A stretch of DNA of 64,000 bases from Lama glama (Eukaryota): NCBI GenBank assembly GCA_028534125.1, contig CM052818.1:15626001-15690000 (forward strand), in the 5' to 3' direction. The notes beneath the pieces are model-generated. The model was not told the DNA's origin and searched no databases. It was given only the letters and a program-made list of their open reading frames with translations. Both the position numbers and the translations under genes were made by a program. Position 1 is the stretch's first letter, and each line of letters starts with the position of its first letter. Below are positions 25,677 through 38,619 of this stretch, piece after piece.

Positions 25677-26132
25677 TGATAAAAATAAAAACTTGTCTTC
25701 TAAGGCAAGTCAAGAAAAATTTAAACATAAACATTTTTCTCTGCCGCTTGGCCTCCTCTTTCTACCCGCTTCCTGTGCATTGTGTACCTGCATTTTCCCT
25801 GACCAAACCTCCCCATCAGCAAAAATACCTGCTCAACCATAGAGATCAACATTCTCCCAGCACCAGCAAGACAGCTTAAAAGATAACCTTCCTTCTTTAT
25901 CTTCTAAGGGGTCACGGTGATCCACCACTTTGTACCTACAGATCTGGTTTGTACGAAGTATTTATGTCATTTAATGTAAAGCCCTGTCTCAAAACCCTAT
26001 ATAACTGAGATTTGACCTCTAATGGGCAAAACAGTGCTCAGAGCTTTCTGAGAGGCTGTTTCTGGGATATAACCCTCAATTTGGTGCAAATAAAATTCTC
26101 CATTTCTTCCCTAGACTAATCTTACATCAACA
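25677..26132 (+). mobile_element. Solo ERV1-class LTR, relative of 21837-22302
   Basis: Shares 'caagaaaaatttaaacat', 'ttctctgcc.cttggcctcctc', 'ctcagagctttctgag' and 'caaataaaat'; TG...CA ends; TSD not resolved. Confidence 0.85.
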
Positions 26133-26134
26133 AC

Positions 26135-27450
26135 AGTAAATCGACAAGTATTCTACATATATATAATGTGTACACACATACTGTGAATGCACAAATACTG
26201 AGACTTCTTAAATGTATACACCTGTGGGTATAACCCACATTCCTATCAGAATATAGAACATATTAATCACTTATACTCCTTCCCAGTCAATTCCTCCAAC
26301 CCCAGGGAAGCAGCAACTTTTCTTATTTTGATTTTCTTTACTATACGTTAATTTTGACCCTTCTAGGGCTTCACATGGAAGAAATCACATAGCATATACT
26401 CTTTTATGTCCAGCTTCTTTCACTCAGGATAGCATTACGAAATGAATCCACATTGTTGTGATATCAGTACTGTATTCCATTTTATTGCTGAGTAGTACTC
26501 TGTGGTATGCAATATACCACAATGTTTCTCTATTCTGGTGTTGGTTGTCTTTCAGATTTTCCTAGTCTGAAGTCCCGCAATCTTTAGTTGGCAAGCTAGA
26601 GACCCAGTAGAGCAATGGTATCGTTCCAGTCTGAGCCTGAAAACCTAAGAACTAGGAGAGCCTATGGTGTAAGTTCCAGTCCAAGTCCAAGTCTGAAGCC
26701 AAGGGAAGAATTGACGTCCCAGCCTGAAGACAGGCAGAAAGAGAGAATTCTCCCTTACTGAGTCTTTTTTTCTATTCAGGTCTTCAATGGACTGTATGAG
26801 GGCCACCTACAATAGGGAGGGGAATCTGTATACTCGATCTAACTACTCAGAAACAGCCTTATAGACACACCCAGGATAACAGTATATCTGGGCACCCCAT
26901 GGCCAAGTCACATAAAATAAACCATCACACTATTTTGGGGTATTATGAATAAAACTACTATAAGACGCTTGTGTGTTTTTGTGGACATATGCTTTCATTT
27001 CTCTCTAGTAAATTCCTAACAGTGGAATTTCTGGGTTGCTTTTTTAATTTTAACTATTCTAGTGGGTATATACTGTTACTTATTGCGATTTGAACTTTCG
27101 TTTTATTAAATTTTATTTCCCTGATGACAAATACTGATGAGCATTTTTTCATATGTGAATTGGCCATTCAAATATGTTTCTTTGTGAAATATTTCTTCCA
27201 GCCTTTACTTATTTTTCACTGGGTTATTCACTTTTTTTATTGTTAAGTTTCAGGAATTCTTTCTGTATAGTCTGTATAGAAGACATTTTGACACACACAT
27301 TTTGCAAACGAAAATACTCTCCTAGTATGTGTCTTGCCTGTTCATTTTTTATATAATGTCCTTTTGATGAACGCACATTTCTCATTCTGAGAAAGTCTAC
27401 TTTTCAGTTTTTCTTCTGTGGTTATTGCTTTCTGAATCCTGTTTAAAACT
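26135..27450 (-). mobile_element. Old L1 (L1MC/ME-type) 3' region, interrupted by MLT2
   Basis: Antisense motifs 'cagcttctttcactcagga', 'ttttattgctgagtagtactc', 'gagcattttttcatatg'. Confidence 0.75.
26565..26929 (-). mobile_element. MLT2B-like ERVL LTR (partial)
   Basis: 'gcaagctagagaccca...gttccagtctgag...ctattcaggtcttcaa...acataaaataaaccatcaca'. Confidence 0.85.
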
Positions 27451-27454
27451 GTTC

Positions 27455-28205
27455 CCAATTAAAGGGAAATTTGATTAGAGAAAAAAATGCAAGATTCACT
27501 TTATGTATGAAATCATTCCTAGGTTGACAGTAAATGGATGAAACAGTTATCTCATGCAAAGATTAGTCATTAGAAAGTCAAGGTGACTATATTTACAACA
27601 AATGAATAATCTTCAAGATGTGGAGTATTACCGGAAAAAAAGCAGGGACATTTCATAATGTTAAAAGGAACAATAAATATATCAAGAAGGCATAAAAAGA
27701 ATAAATGTGTGCATGCACTTTGTATCAAAGCCTCAAAATACATGAAGCAAAAAGAATAAGAAAGAGAACTGAATCCACAAGTACAGATGAATGTTTTCAC
27801 ATCTTTACCTTTATCACATAATTGATAGAATAACTAGAAAGAAACTCATCAAGTAATAGAAGATATGAACACTTTCAATCACCCTGACCTAACTGACATC
27901 TATGTATCACAATACCCCAAGGGGAGAATAGATTCTTTTCAAAAGCACGTGGAACACTGACCAAGATACAGGACCTTCTCACCATAAAACAAGTCTCAGT
28001 AAGTTCCATAATATTGGAGTAATACAGTGTTCTCTCACCATGAAATAAAAGGAAGACATCTAGAAAAGCCCCACATATTTGGAAAATGCATAATACCTTT
28101 TGGAAAGGATATCAAGAATGTGATTAGAGAATATTTCAAACTAGATAATAAATACCTAACAGATCAAAATTTGTGACAGCGTGTCTAGCAGCACTTACAG
28201 AGATG
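27455..28205 (+). mobile_element. Old L1 ORF2 endonuclease-region fragment
   Basis: 'gggacatttcataatgttaaaagg', 'aagcctcaaaatacatgaagcaaaa', 'gacctaactgacatctat', 'ataaaacaagtctc'. Confidence 0.8.
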
Positions 28206-29185
28206 TTTATATTTTCCCCAGGGCCTTCCAAATAGTTGTTTCAAAATATTTTCCCCAGAGTTTATAATTTTTATCTGGAGAAAGATAAATACAATATGAG
28301 GTACTCTGCCGTTATTAAAAGTAGAATCATTACTTTTCCTTTTAATAAATTGAGTACTTGTGGTTAAAATAAAACTCTCCACACTTTTACATTTCTGAAG
28401 AAGTTGATCATCGCTTTGATAGATTTCTGATCGCCTAACTTTACATGTATAATGTATGATAGCGAGTGGTATAGTAAGTATCACCAACATCGCTGGAAAC
28501 AAAACTGTACTCTTCATCGGTGAGGCCAGAATGTCCTAGGGGCTTATATGCGCTCGTGCTCCTGGTTCAGCAAATTATTCTGTTTCAAAGGGCAGTGACT
28601 CCTCAGAACTACACCTTCATCAGTTTATACTTTAGTAAAACTTCCTTTTTCTTGTCAGGTGATTTAGCCACCATACATATGTGACTGAGTCTCTGGAATC
28701 TAAATACATTGCAGGTTTTCTTTAAAAGATCCCAGGTGTCCAGTTGTTCATCCCTTTTCATTAACATCTTCTTGGTTTCCTTTATTTAATAAGATATACT
28801 ACTGAATTTTGTATTTCTATCACAACTCTTTGGAAACTGACTGATTAACAATGGGATGCATCAAATTATCCAGAGGCTCTGGAAAAAGAATTACTGTGTT
28901 AGTAATTTGTGTTCAGTGGCTTCATGTGCTGGACACGGTTGTTTCTGACACCTCCCTGCATTGGTTTCTTTTATTATTCAGTGCTGGAAATTGACAGGCA
29001 TTCTTGTTGCCTCATTTTATGAGTTGTTGCTATCTGGCTCTGTGGACTAGAAAACCGTCATCTATCACAAGAGTTTATCAGCTGCTCCTCCTCCTACACA
29101 ACCTCCTGCCCCTTTACATGTACGACAAATGATTCCCTCCCACCCTGGGAGGCAGGGCCACAGCATCAGCACTCGCTTGTACACT

Positions 29186-29532
29186 CTATTAGTTTTCCAG
29201 GCTCCATACAGAATTCAACAGACCGGGTGGCTTAAACAATAGAAATTAACGCTTTCCCAGTTCGAGAAGCCGGAAACCCAAGATCAAGGTTCTTCTGAGG
29301 CCCCTCTCCTTGGTTCTCAGACAGCCACTTTCTGGCTGTGTCTTTACATGGCCTTTGTCTTTGCATGTGTATCTTTAGTGTCTTTCAGTCTGCAAATTTC
29401 CTCTTATAAAACCACCAGTCACACTGAACTAGGGTCCACCCTAAGGGTCTCATTTTAACTTGATCACTGAGGTACTGGGGGTTAGGGCTTTAACATAGGA
29501 ATTTGGAGGTAGGACACAGTCCAGCCCACACA
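29186..29532 (-). mobile_element. MaLR solo LTR (MLT1A-like)
   Basis: 'gggtggcttaaacaatagaaatt', 'tgaggtactgggggttagggctttaacata', 'gacacagtccagccc'. Confidence 0.9.
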
Positions 29533-30069
29533 GATACCAATACAAAAACTGGATCAAAATATCAAACCCTTCTGTTTTAGCCTTATTCCTCAGCGTAACC
29601 TGTGTCAACAATGAGGAAACTTGGGTGCAGCCAGAAAGCAGAAAATAGCAGCAGACCTTAACTATGATTGCAAACAACAATCACATTCACTTTGCATTTA
29701 TCTTTTTTGTTTAACAGAAGTAGTTTCTAAGTGTCCAGGTCCCCACTGTTCAGAAGGTCAAGGGCCCGTGTGTTCTTAGTGGCTGTCTTTGTGGTAGACA
29801 CATCTCTTGTGTGTGTGTGTGGCCCAGAATTTGAGCTCCATTCTTACATCTGGGGAATTCCTCGGCATGTGAATCTTGAAAAAGGCAGAGCTTGTCTTTA
29901 ACAACAGAGGACAAACTTGCCAGATGCTCATTTATTTATTCTTTTTGCCTCAAAGGCATGTGCACTTGACCTAGAATGTGTTACCTCTGAACTTGGAACT
30001 AAGAGACGGTAACATAACAGGAGCATGCTCCCTTGGGAGTACATTTTAATGTAGGTAACAGTAGCATCA

Positions 30070-30352
30070 GCAGCAGCAAGGAGGAGTTTGCAGGGGCAGC
30101 AGTGGCACTTCCAGTGTCAAGCATGGACATATGGCAGATTTCAAGCTGAGTCCATGGTTTGCAGTGGTGTCTGCACCACAATGGTTTCTGGCATAATTTT
30201 GCCTTCAGTCCTTACGGCTGCATACCTCCCTAGTCCCACCTATTCTGTAAGCCAGAGTCAGTCATCTTTCTGGCAACTCTTTTAATAAATTCTTTGTCTT
30301 CTTAAGATAGCCACAGACGGGTCTGTTGCTTAAAAATAAGACCTTGACTAAT
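30070..30352 (+). mobile_element. ERVL LTR 3' part (LTR33-like)
   Basis: 3' signature 'ttttaataaattc...cttaagatagcca...ctgttgctt...ccttgactaat'. Confidence 0.55.
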
Positions 30353-31129
30353 TAAAGCTTAGTCTTAAGTGAGCCGATAACTCTCCGTAGTAGGGTGTGT
30401 GTGTGTAGGCAGAGAGAAGAAAGAGGACATTCTAAAGTCCCTGAATTGAGTCTTTAAAACATTTTAGTGTATAAGATGCTCACACAAAATAAGCCCAAGC
30501 TTTTCCATTCTCTTTTATAGCTCAAACCTTATTCAGCTTGTGTCCAATAGGACCCTTAAAGTCAGCTATTCAGACTAGGGTACATGTACTTCTCAAAATA
30601 TACAGAAACATTCCCAGGGGATATGTGAAAATAGATGGCTTGAAGATAATTCATTATCAGCACCCTGTGTATAAATACACACACATAACACACATACATA
30701 TACTATGTGTGTGTATATTTACATATACAAAATATATAAAATACATAATGAATATATATGAACATTTTCCAAAAGTGAGGTATTTTAACCACAAGTGGTT
30801 GCCACTGTTACCTCCTTCCACTCCATCTCTCCTCTATAACAATTCTTTTTGTGTTGAGTGACTTTGGAGTTGCACCAAGTGTTTTTGTGATTCAGTTATG
30901 GGAGAGCAGAATAAATTGTAGACATACATTTGATTTAGGTTGAGGAGGACATATTTATGTGGTTTGCAGTCACTTTCTTATATTAGAAAGTTATTACTAG
31001 TCATCACATTGTCATTTCCATAGATAATTTCCAGGAGTACCACACACTGGGTTAACTCATCTGACTTTGCAATGGGGTGGCACAAGTCAGAGGTCATTCT
31101 ACAATATGGATACGAAGGCATCCTACAGC

Positions 31130-31545
31130 ATCTGGCAACCAAAGATTGTGGTTATTGGAGCAGGTTAGAAGGATGGTGTGTGGGTTTGTCAGCCTGGGTC
31201 TCTTGGTGCACTGAGCAGCCATGTAAAAACTTTAAGCATCTTTGGGAAGGGTCCTATGGAGAGACTCTGAAAATATATGCAGAAGGAAAATAGCCTGGAT
31301 GAGCTCAACCGTTCAGCTATCTCTGCCAAAGTACCCAACAAATAGTTAGTCATGTTGGTCCTTCAAACCAACCCAGCTGCCAACTGAATACCATCAAGTG
31401 ACCCTGGTCAATGACACATGGAGAAGAATCGGTCATCTGAGAATCACTCAAAATCCAGATCCACAAATTCACAAAACAACATGACTGTTGTTAAAAAGCC
31501 ATTGTATTTTGAGGGTAATTTGTCATATAGCAATAGGTACTTAGA
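31130..31545 (+). mobile_element. MaLR LTR (MLT1H-like)
   Basis: 'ccagctgccaactgaatacca...gacacatggagaagaa...aagccattgtattttgagggtaatttgtcatatagcaatag'. Confidence 0.75.
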
Positions 31546-31723
31546 TTGTGTACCATTTGTGTATCAGCCACAGAACTCACTGAGATTCTCTGTGTTGTAG
31601 ATAGTTGCTAAGTATTTGATATTACTTATTTTGGCTAGAATTCATTAAGGATCGAACAATGTGCCAGGGACAATACTTTGCATATACTGTCTCCTTCAGT
31701 CCTGACAACGTGGTTACAAAACA

Positions 31724-32120
31724 GTGCGCATCAATTATCAGTCATCTCTCAGCAATAAATATACCTTCTACACTCTGTTCTGTGATCCTGGGACCCAGCC
31801 ACACTTTCAGACTCACCTTTCAGGTAAATTCTACTTAGACTGAGCCATTAGTCGGTAGCAGAGGAAGACTGCAAGGTGGGAGGAAAGGATGTCTTTCTCT
31901 GCGGCTCCTACCAGCATTAGTTCAGCAACCACCTTTGTTTCTAATCTCAAGCATCTGAATTTTGGCACTCCCAGAATCAGCCTTAGCATGCGCTCTCAGA
32001 AGTCCTAGAGGGAGCAGTCATCCTGTGCCATCTCCTCAGTGTTCTAAGCACCAGCCCTGTAGGACCTTCCTTCCAGTTTCTGGGGTACTTTTTCCAAATT
32101 TGCTTCAGGCCACTCAACAA
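31724..32120 (+). mobile_element. ERVL LTR (LTR41/LTR33-like)
   Basis: 'ctctcagc...ccttctacactctgttctgtgatcctggg...agactgcaagg' resembles the LTR41 5' end. Confidence 0.55.
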
Positions 32121-33499
32121 CAAAATAAATGATGCCTTACAGATAAAGCTGAAGCACCTTTTCCTTCTCTTCACAATGTGGTCCTCTGCTCTCCAAAGAC
32201 ATTTTTCCTGTGTGGTTAGTAGATCTCCTTTATTTGACAGCTACACTTGAAGTTTATTTTTTTAGTATTGTATCAAAAATTATTTATATAGGATTTCATA
32301 AAAAATACATTGTATAGTATTTTGTGTTTTAAATTTACTTAATAGTCACTGTATCCATAATTTTCCTCCACATTTTTTATACTATCATTGTTAATATAAC
32401 ATATTTAACTCATTTCCTTTATCTGTTATATATAATTCTGTTATATGAATATACCACTACTTATCTATTCTGTTATTGCTACTTTTAGGTAGTTTTTGTT
32501 CTACAGATCCCCCCCAGTAACTTGATTGAAGAAAAATAGTTCACTTTTTGAGAACAAAGTAGGCTTTAATTAGAAAATACATTTTGCTTTTTTTCTCTTG
32601 CTAGGCAATAACTTTCAAGAAATATTAAGGAATTATAATAATCAAAAACTTGTGAAATGTTAAGCTTTCATGAAAGCAATACATATGTTCCCCCAAAGAA
32701 GATCCATCTAAATAATGTCCTGGGGTCTCTGCGGCATCTTAAAGTTATAAGCTCAGTTATAGGAAGGAAAGTGTTCCAAAAAATGGAAAACTTCATCCCT
32801 GAAACAGACATGATTAACTGATTGCTTACAATGTCTTTTCTAGGTTTAACAATACTTTGCCTACCCTGAAAAGACTACTATTAAATAAAATCTTCCTTGT
32901 ATAAACTGCAAGATATCTTCTGATACTCGATAGTGCTACCCTTTCCAGAGGGACAAACTACAAAGTGGTTGTGTTTGATGGAAAACTCTCAAATAGCTTT
33001 CAGCTTTGGTTGAATCCTACAAATTGGAGGTAGTAAATTTAAAAATCTTGTCATAGCAAATATACTTCCTTTTAGGTAGCTACTGATCTCAGTTTTCCTA
33101 GGGAAATCCTGATTTCCTTGGGTTTGGACTTTGTAAGTTGGACAAGAGAAAAATAACCTCAATAGAAATAAAGGAAGATAATCTTGATATACCATAAATG
33201 GTTTAGTCTCAGTATTTCAATGTGCTGCACATGTGTCTTCTTTTCTCGAAGACCTACTTAACTGTTGACCATAGCAGTATTACCATAGAGCTCAAACAAG
33301 GCTTTGTACTTATTTAGCACAGCAAACTGATCATAAAATTAATCATTCATACTAGGACATCTTGAGAGTGAAAAATAGTACCATTAATAATTGCACCAAG
33401 AAAATGCAGATGAAACATACATCTCAAATACCTGTAGATAGCTTAAAAAGATTCAACATAGCTCTCCATGATAGAATACATTCACACGGTGTATTACTT

Positions 33500-33680
33500 A
33501 AATTCAGCTACTCCTCACAACAACAATATAATATACCATTAATATTATTTCCATTTTACACACTGAAGATTGGAAATGTTAAATAATTTGCCTAAAATCA
33601 CACAACTAGGAAATAGTGGGTTTGTGATAGAAATTCAGTATTTCTCATTCTGGAACCTATGTTTTAACTGCTACTTTCTA
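33500..33680 (-). mobile_element. MIR SINE
   Basis: 'ccattttaca...gttaaataatttgcctaaaatcacacaactagga'. Confidence 0.7.
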
Positions 33681-33929
33681 CTGTTGCTCAAGATCTGAAC
33701 CACATCTCATGACTGGTTAAACTGCCAGTTACCTACAGAATGGCTTCAGTGATTTTTACATGGCTACTACTCAGAAGACATTTTTCCCTCTAGTATGAAA
33801 TAGTACCACTCACCATGCAGCATAGTAAAAATTACTGCAACTTACTGAAATCACAGCAACAAATTGAAAGAAGAGAGAATATCAGCATCTTCTCGAAAAA
33901 GGCTCCCTTTAAAAGTATATATTCAGTAA

Positions 33930-34147
33930 TTTACAACCCTCATTATTCATGGATTCCACTTTTCCAAATTTGCCTATTTGCTAAAATTCACTTACAGTTC
34001 TAAAATCAATACTGGGGGCACTTTTGTGGTTATTTGTGGACATGCAAAGAGTGGTGAACAACTTGTTGCTGGACTCAAAAGTTCCCACTTGAAGCCCCGT
34101 AAGTCAATGGTATGCCTTCTTGCCTCAGTTCTGATACTGTAAACAAG
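33930..34147. mobile_element. MER82-like TcMar-Tigger DNA transposon fragment
   Basis: 'ccctcattattcatggattcc...aatttgcctatttgctaaaatt...aaaatcaatact...gatactgtaaacaagt'. Confidence 0.8.
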
Positions 34148-35442
34148 TACAGAACAGTGTGGTAAGGCAAGGCTCTGAGTTAAAGACAGCACAATGGAGG
34201 TTAGCAAATAGGGGCATATTCAACCAACATGCTGGCAAGATACTATATAGAAGGCATTAAAATGATGGCTTGCGTTTTACATGGGTCTTTGTTTACTGTG
34301 TTTACTGCTCTCTATCTTTTCAGCTCCTGATTTCTTTCTTTTTCCAGTCATGAAGGTAGGTGGAATTCATAGCCATCTTGCAAGTTCCCCAGAACAACAC
34401 GAATTTATCAAAATGAAAACTTGGCAAACAGCCCAAGAGCTTCCCTCAAAGTATGAAACATCCAAATCTGCAGGGGTTAGAAACTAAACTCTTGATCTGA
34501 ACACATGCAGGTCTTTGTAGTGCTCTTCAAGCAACAAGTTGCTACGTAGCCCTAGGCGTGGATGTTACCAGGCCTAAACACACTCACATGCACACACAGA
34601 GCTATCAGCCATCCTAAGACAGTTTCCAGTTTATAGGTCAATCTCTTCTGCCTCACCAGACCATTTGGGCAAATCTAACACTTAGAACTGACTCCAAACT
34701 ACAAAACCCACCTACTTTAAGAACAGAGCAGGTGCCAAGATCCAAAATATGTGTCATTTCCTTAGTATTACCCAGAAGAATTTCTAAACAGTGTTATTTT
34801 CATCAGAAAGGCTGGTATATACCACTGCTGTCATTGGAGAGGATGATTAAGAGTTTGCTAAATGAGGAAAAAAATACTATACACATGCATAATTTAAAGC
34901 CCTGAAAGTAAGAGCATCATTATCCAATTTTTTAGAAAGAAGAATTGCTCAAGCTAGATGATATTGCTCACAAAGGTAGCAGGAGGGGCTTCTGCTGTCT
35001 TCTTTCACAGCAGGGCTTGCTTCCTGCCTAATAGCAATGTATTACTTTGACCATTTACTTTGCATATAAAACTAAGTTGCTTTCTGAACCATGATTCAGA
35101 TGTAAATCAAAAGCACTTATAAACTGGACTTGAACTTAGGGAGACTGGTGCGTGCATCTCCTTTTTCCTATCCTGCACATTTAGATGAATAATGTAAAAG
35201 CAGATTCCTCTCTGGGAAGTGAAGCAAATTTGGACACTGGTTTCCCCTTAAAGGGACTCTGAATAAGATACTTAAAGGTCTGAGATTTGGCAAGAGGTGT
35301 GATAGAGAAATTTTATCACTTCCCATAGGTTGTAAGAAGTGAAAATTTTGGGGAGTTCCAAATATTTTCACAACTATAGTCTTACTTACAGTAGCTACGA
35401 TATTCATATTTGTCGCAGCTGAATTATTGTAGGTCAAAAAGA

Positions 35443-35955
35443 CTGTGGCAGTCTCCAAATGTCACATCACAAAAGCCACCCCCTTTATAGATATGTTAAC
35501 AGCACCCTGGTGTTATTCAGTTATTGACTATGTGCTCCAGGGGACACTAAGCTCCTCTTCAAAAATCATAATATTATTCCTTTTTCTAGTGGTTGTTACA
35601 GAAACATAATTTAGTGATGAGACATTGGTGAAATCTTCTAGGTGGTCTGGGAATTTTTATTTATTCTTAAAAGGGATCTAAAGAAAAGATGATCGCATTT
35701 GCAGCTTTTCACATAGCTGTATGAGGATAAGAGCCTTGGAACTGCACACATTTCATGACTAGGAGGAGACAATCTGAAGACAAAAAGCAACTACGAAAAA
35801 ATGGCAAAGTAGAAAAATCTGGAGAATCTGAACTCTTGATTGTGCTGCTAGATTCTCTTTTTGAATGTATTATATTGATTAATAAACCTTCATTTTAGCT
35901 CAAGACATTTTTAGTGAGATCTTCTAATAATTTTAGGATAGAACATTCTAAATAA
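35443..35955 (+). mobile_element. Old MaLR LTR (MLT1J-like)
   Basis: Starts 'tgtggcag'; contains 'atggcaaagtagaaaaatctggagaa' and an 'aataaacc' end motif. Confidence 0.55.
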
Positions 35956-36818
35956 TATGGAGATTAAGTAACATACCCACATCATTTGTAATTTAAGTGA
36001 ACTCATGATTCAAGGCAAGATTTTTCTGACTCTGAACCCTTTGTTTATTTTAATAATGTAATTACTTCTCACCTCGAATTGGTATGAAATAGCTGATTAT
36101 GAAGAAAGAAAAACATCAACATTAATTTTCTTACCAATGTGAAACCAGAACTCTGCTGAATTTTTTAACATGTTAGAAATGTCTATTTATGTGGTTACTA
36201 TATGGGATATATTTATTTTGCTCAATATTCATTATAGATAATGATGTTACTAAAATTATAATAATTATAAAAGGTCTTAAAGACTTTCATTTAGCATTCA
36301 CTTCTAATTTCAGATTCTAGATCCTCAGTACTTCTTTATAGCTGTTTCTAGCTCTCGATTTTAAATAGTCTTAAATTCTCTCTGCCTTAGGTAAAATTTA
36401 TCAGCATCAATACAACCATCATCATTTCTCTATATCGCCTTGTCTTCTCCCTTCCTAGATGAGTCCATTGAAAAATGAAAGGTCTCTTGAGAGAATTCCT
36501 TTGGCATTTAGCTTCCTTCATGTATGATCCAATTCATATCCAACAATATCTTCTCCTTCAAACTATCTCCAGCCTCCTTGCTTCTTTAAGACATTGTTGG
36601 CACCACATCCCACTCCTAGGCGGCTCTCCGTGCCTTGCTATTGCATAGTACTCTGTCACAAACCACCTTCTCCATATACACTTTCCTGACCCCTCCCGTC
36701 TAGCAGGCACCATTCCTTAGCATTCTGAGTCCAACTCTACATGTCTGAGAATTTTGTGTAATCTCATAGTCTAAGCACATTTGGGCATATATCATTTAAC
36801 ATGCTGCACTTTATCTCT

Positions 36819-37400
36819 ATTTTTTATATTGAAGTATAGTCAGTTATAATGTGTCAATTTCTGGTGTACAGCATAATCTCCCAGTCACGCATATATATTC
36901 ATTTTCATATTCTTTTTTCATCAAAGGTTATTACAAGCTGTTGACTATAGTTCCCCATGCTATACAGAAGAAATTTGTTTTTTTAACCTATTTTTACATA
37001 TAGTGGTTAACATTTGCAAATCTCAAACTCCCAAATTTATCCCTCCCCACCCCCTTTCCCCCGTAACCACAAGATTGCTTACTATGTCTGTGAGTCTGTT
37101 TCTTTTGTAGATGAGTTCATTAATGCCAACAAAGAGTACTTGAAATGCTCCAACCCTGCTACCACACACGGCAGCTCAGAAACGGGTCTGGAAGCCTCCC
37201 TTCCAACCAAAGGGGAACAGACCTGGCCCCTGTCAGGGCTGTGACAACCACAGAACAAAAAGGAGTCCCTGCTTAACAATCAGGGAAGGCTCTGATCACC
37301 ACACCAACCACACCTCCAATCAAAGGAATAACAGCCAACAAACATGGAAGAAAAATGTGGTAACCATCCATATTAAAAACAGACCTCGTGACAAAATTCA
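36819..37400 (-). mobile_element. Camelid L1 3' end fused to an inverted L1 5'UTR-like segment
   Basis: 36819-~37123 is antisense 3'UTR; ~37124-37400 is sense and resembles an artiodactyl L1 5'UTR. TSD TTATCTCT at 36811-18 and 37401-08. Confidence 0.75.
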
Positions 37401-37457
37401 TTATCTCTTATACTTTGTTAATGTGTATTGCATACTTGATGGTATGTATAAATCTGT

Positions 37458-37480
37458 TGTGTGTGTGTGTGTGTGTGTGT
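37458..37480. repeat. (TG)~11 microsatellite
   Basis: Directly visible. Confidence 0.95.
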
Positions 37481-37534
37481 ATATACACACACAGATTTCA
37501 GAAATCAAATAAAATCCATTGTAAATAGAATACG

Positions 37535-37755
37535 GTATTTATACTGAATACTATGTGCCAGTAACTATTGTTTTAAGAGCTTTAATTAAATATATTAATA
37601 TTTAATCCTCACAATAACCTGTACAGGATAGGTAATTTTACTACCATTTTTATGAAGAAATTTCTAAATTATCCAAAATAACACAACAAGGAATTGGTGG
37701 AGATGGGAGACAGGCAATCTGACTTCAGAATTCATGGAGCTACCATACTGCGTTT
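37535..37755 (-). mobile_element. MIR SINE
   Basis: 'tactatgtgccag...atttaatcctcacaataaccct...aggcaatctgacttcaga'. Confidence 0.8.
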
Positions 37756-37899
37756 CCTTCATATGAACATTCATCAGTTACCCATTTGACTCAGGCTGCA
37801 CTCATACATGGTAGTTCTTATTGCTTGCCTCACTTAGAACCTAGATCACTTAGAACGAAATATACATCTAATTGTAGAGCATTGTAGAAGAGATGACTA

Positions 37900-38335
37900 G
37901 TTGTTATCAAAATGTATATTCTTCTTCCTGAATATATATTTGTTCCTGGGAGGTAGTTATCTAGCAGGGATTGTATTTCTTGGGTTCTTCTTACATCTAG
38001 GTACAGCCATGTAACTAGTTCTCATCAATGGACTGCACACAAAATTGATTTGTATCACTTTGGGGACAAACTTTTTAAAAAAATTAGTGGTCTTCTTTGT
38101 CCTCTGCTTTCTCTTCTTCAAGTTAGATGCAGAAAAGTGGAAGGCTCATTAGATGGTAAAGCTAAATGATAAAAAGGATGATGGTTTTTTTATGGTTCCT
38201 TCATTGAGGGAAGTCACGAGCCACTGGGAATATTCACATCTGACTTTTTTGTAAGCACGAAACAGTCATCCGCTACATTTGAGACTTTATTCAATTTTAA
38301 AGTCTGTTACAACAGCTAGGTTTTCAATAACTAAT
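37900..38335 (+). mobile_element. MaLR LTR (MLT1I/J-like)
   Basis: 'gccatgtaactagttct...caatgg' and 3' end 'tctgttacaacagctag...aactaatgca'. Confidence 0.6.
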
Positions 38336-38619
38336 GCAAGTACGTAATAGAGGTCAGAAGTGACACACGTATTTTCTCAGATGATTCAAACTATATTCTA
38401 TGAGGCAATTACTTTCATTTCTGTAAAAACTATGGTTCACTGAGACTGATCAACTTGTTGACAGTTACACAATTCAACAGTGTTTGACTCTGACAGCTAT
38501 ACAATGTTACTACAGTCTGGTGTCTATCAGATGTGTCTTGTTTTTGAGCTTAAGCATTACAAATCACAGTACTTCTTTGCTGAAATATAGTCACACTACT
38601 TTGAACAAGTGAACTTCTT

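Noticed and set aside
21837..26132. Provirus bounded by the two related LTRs at 21837 and 25677
   Set aside because: The first LTR is nested inside another LTR, the two copies are clearly diverged, and there is no PBS or gag/pol between them.
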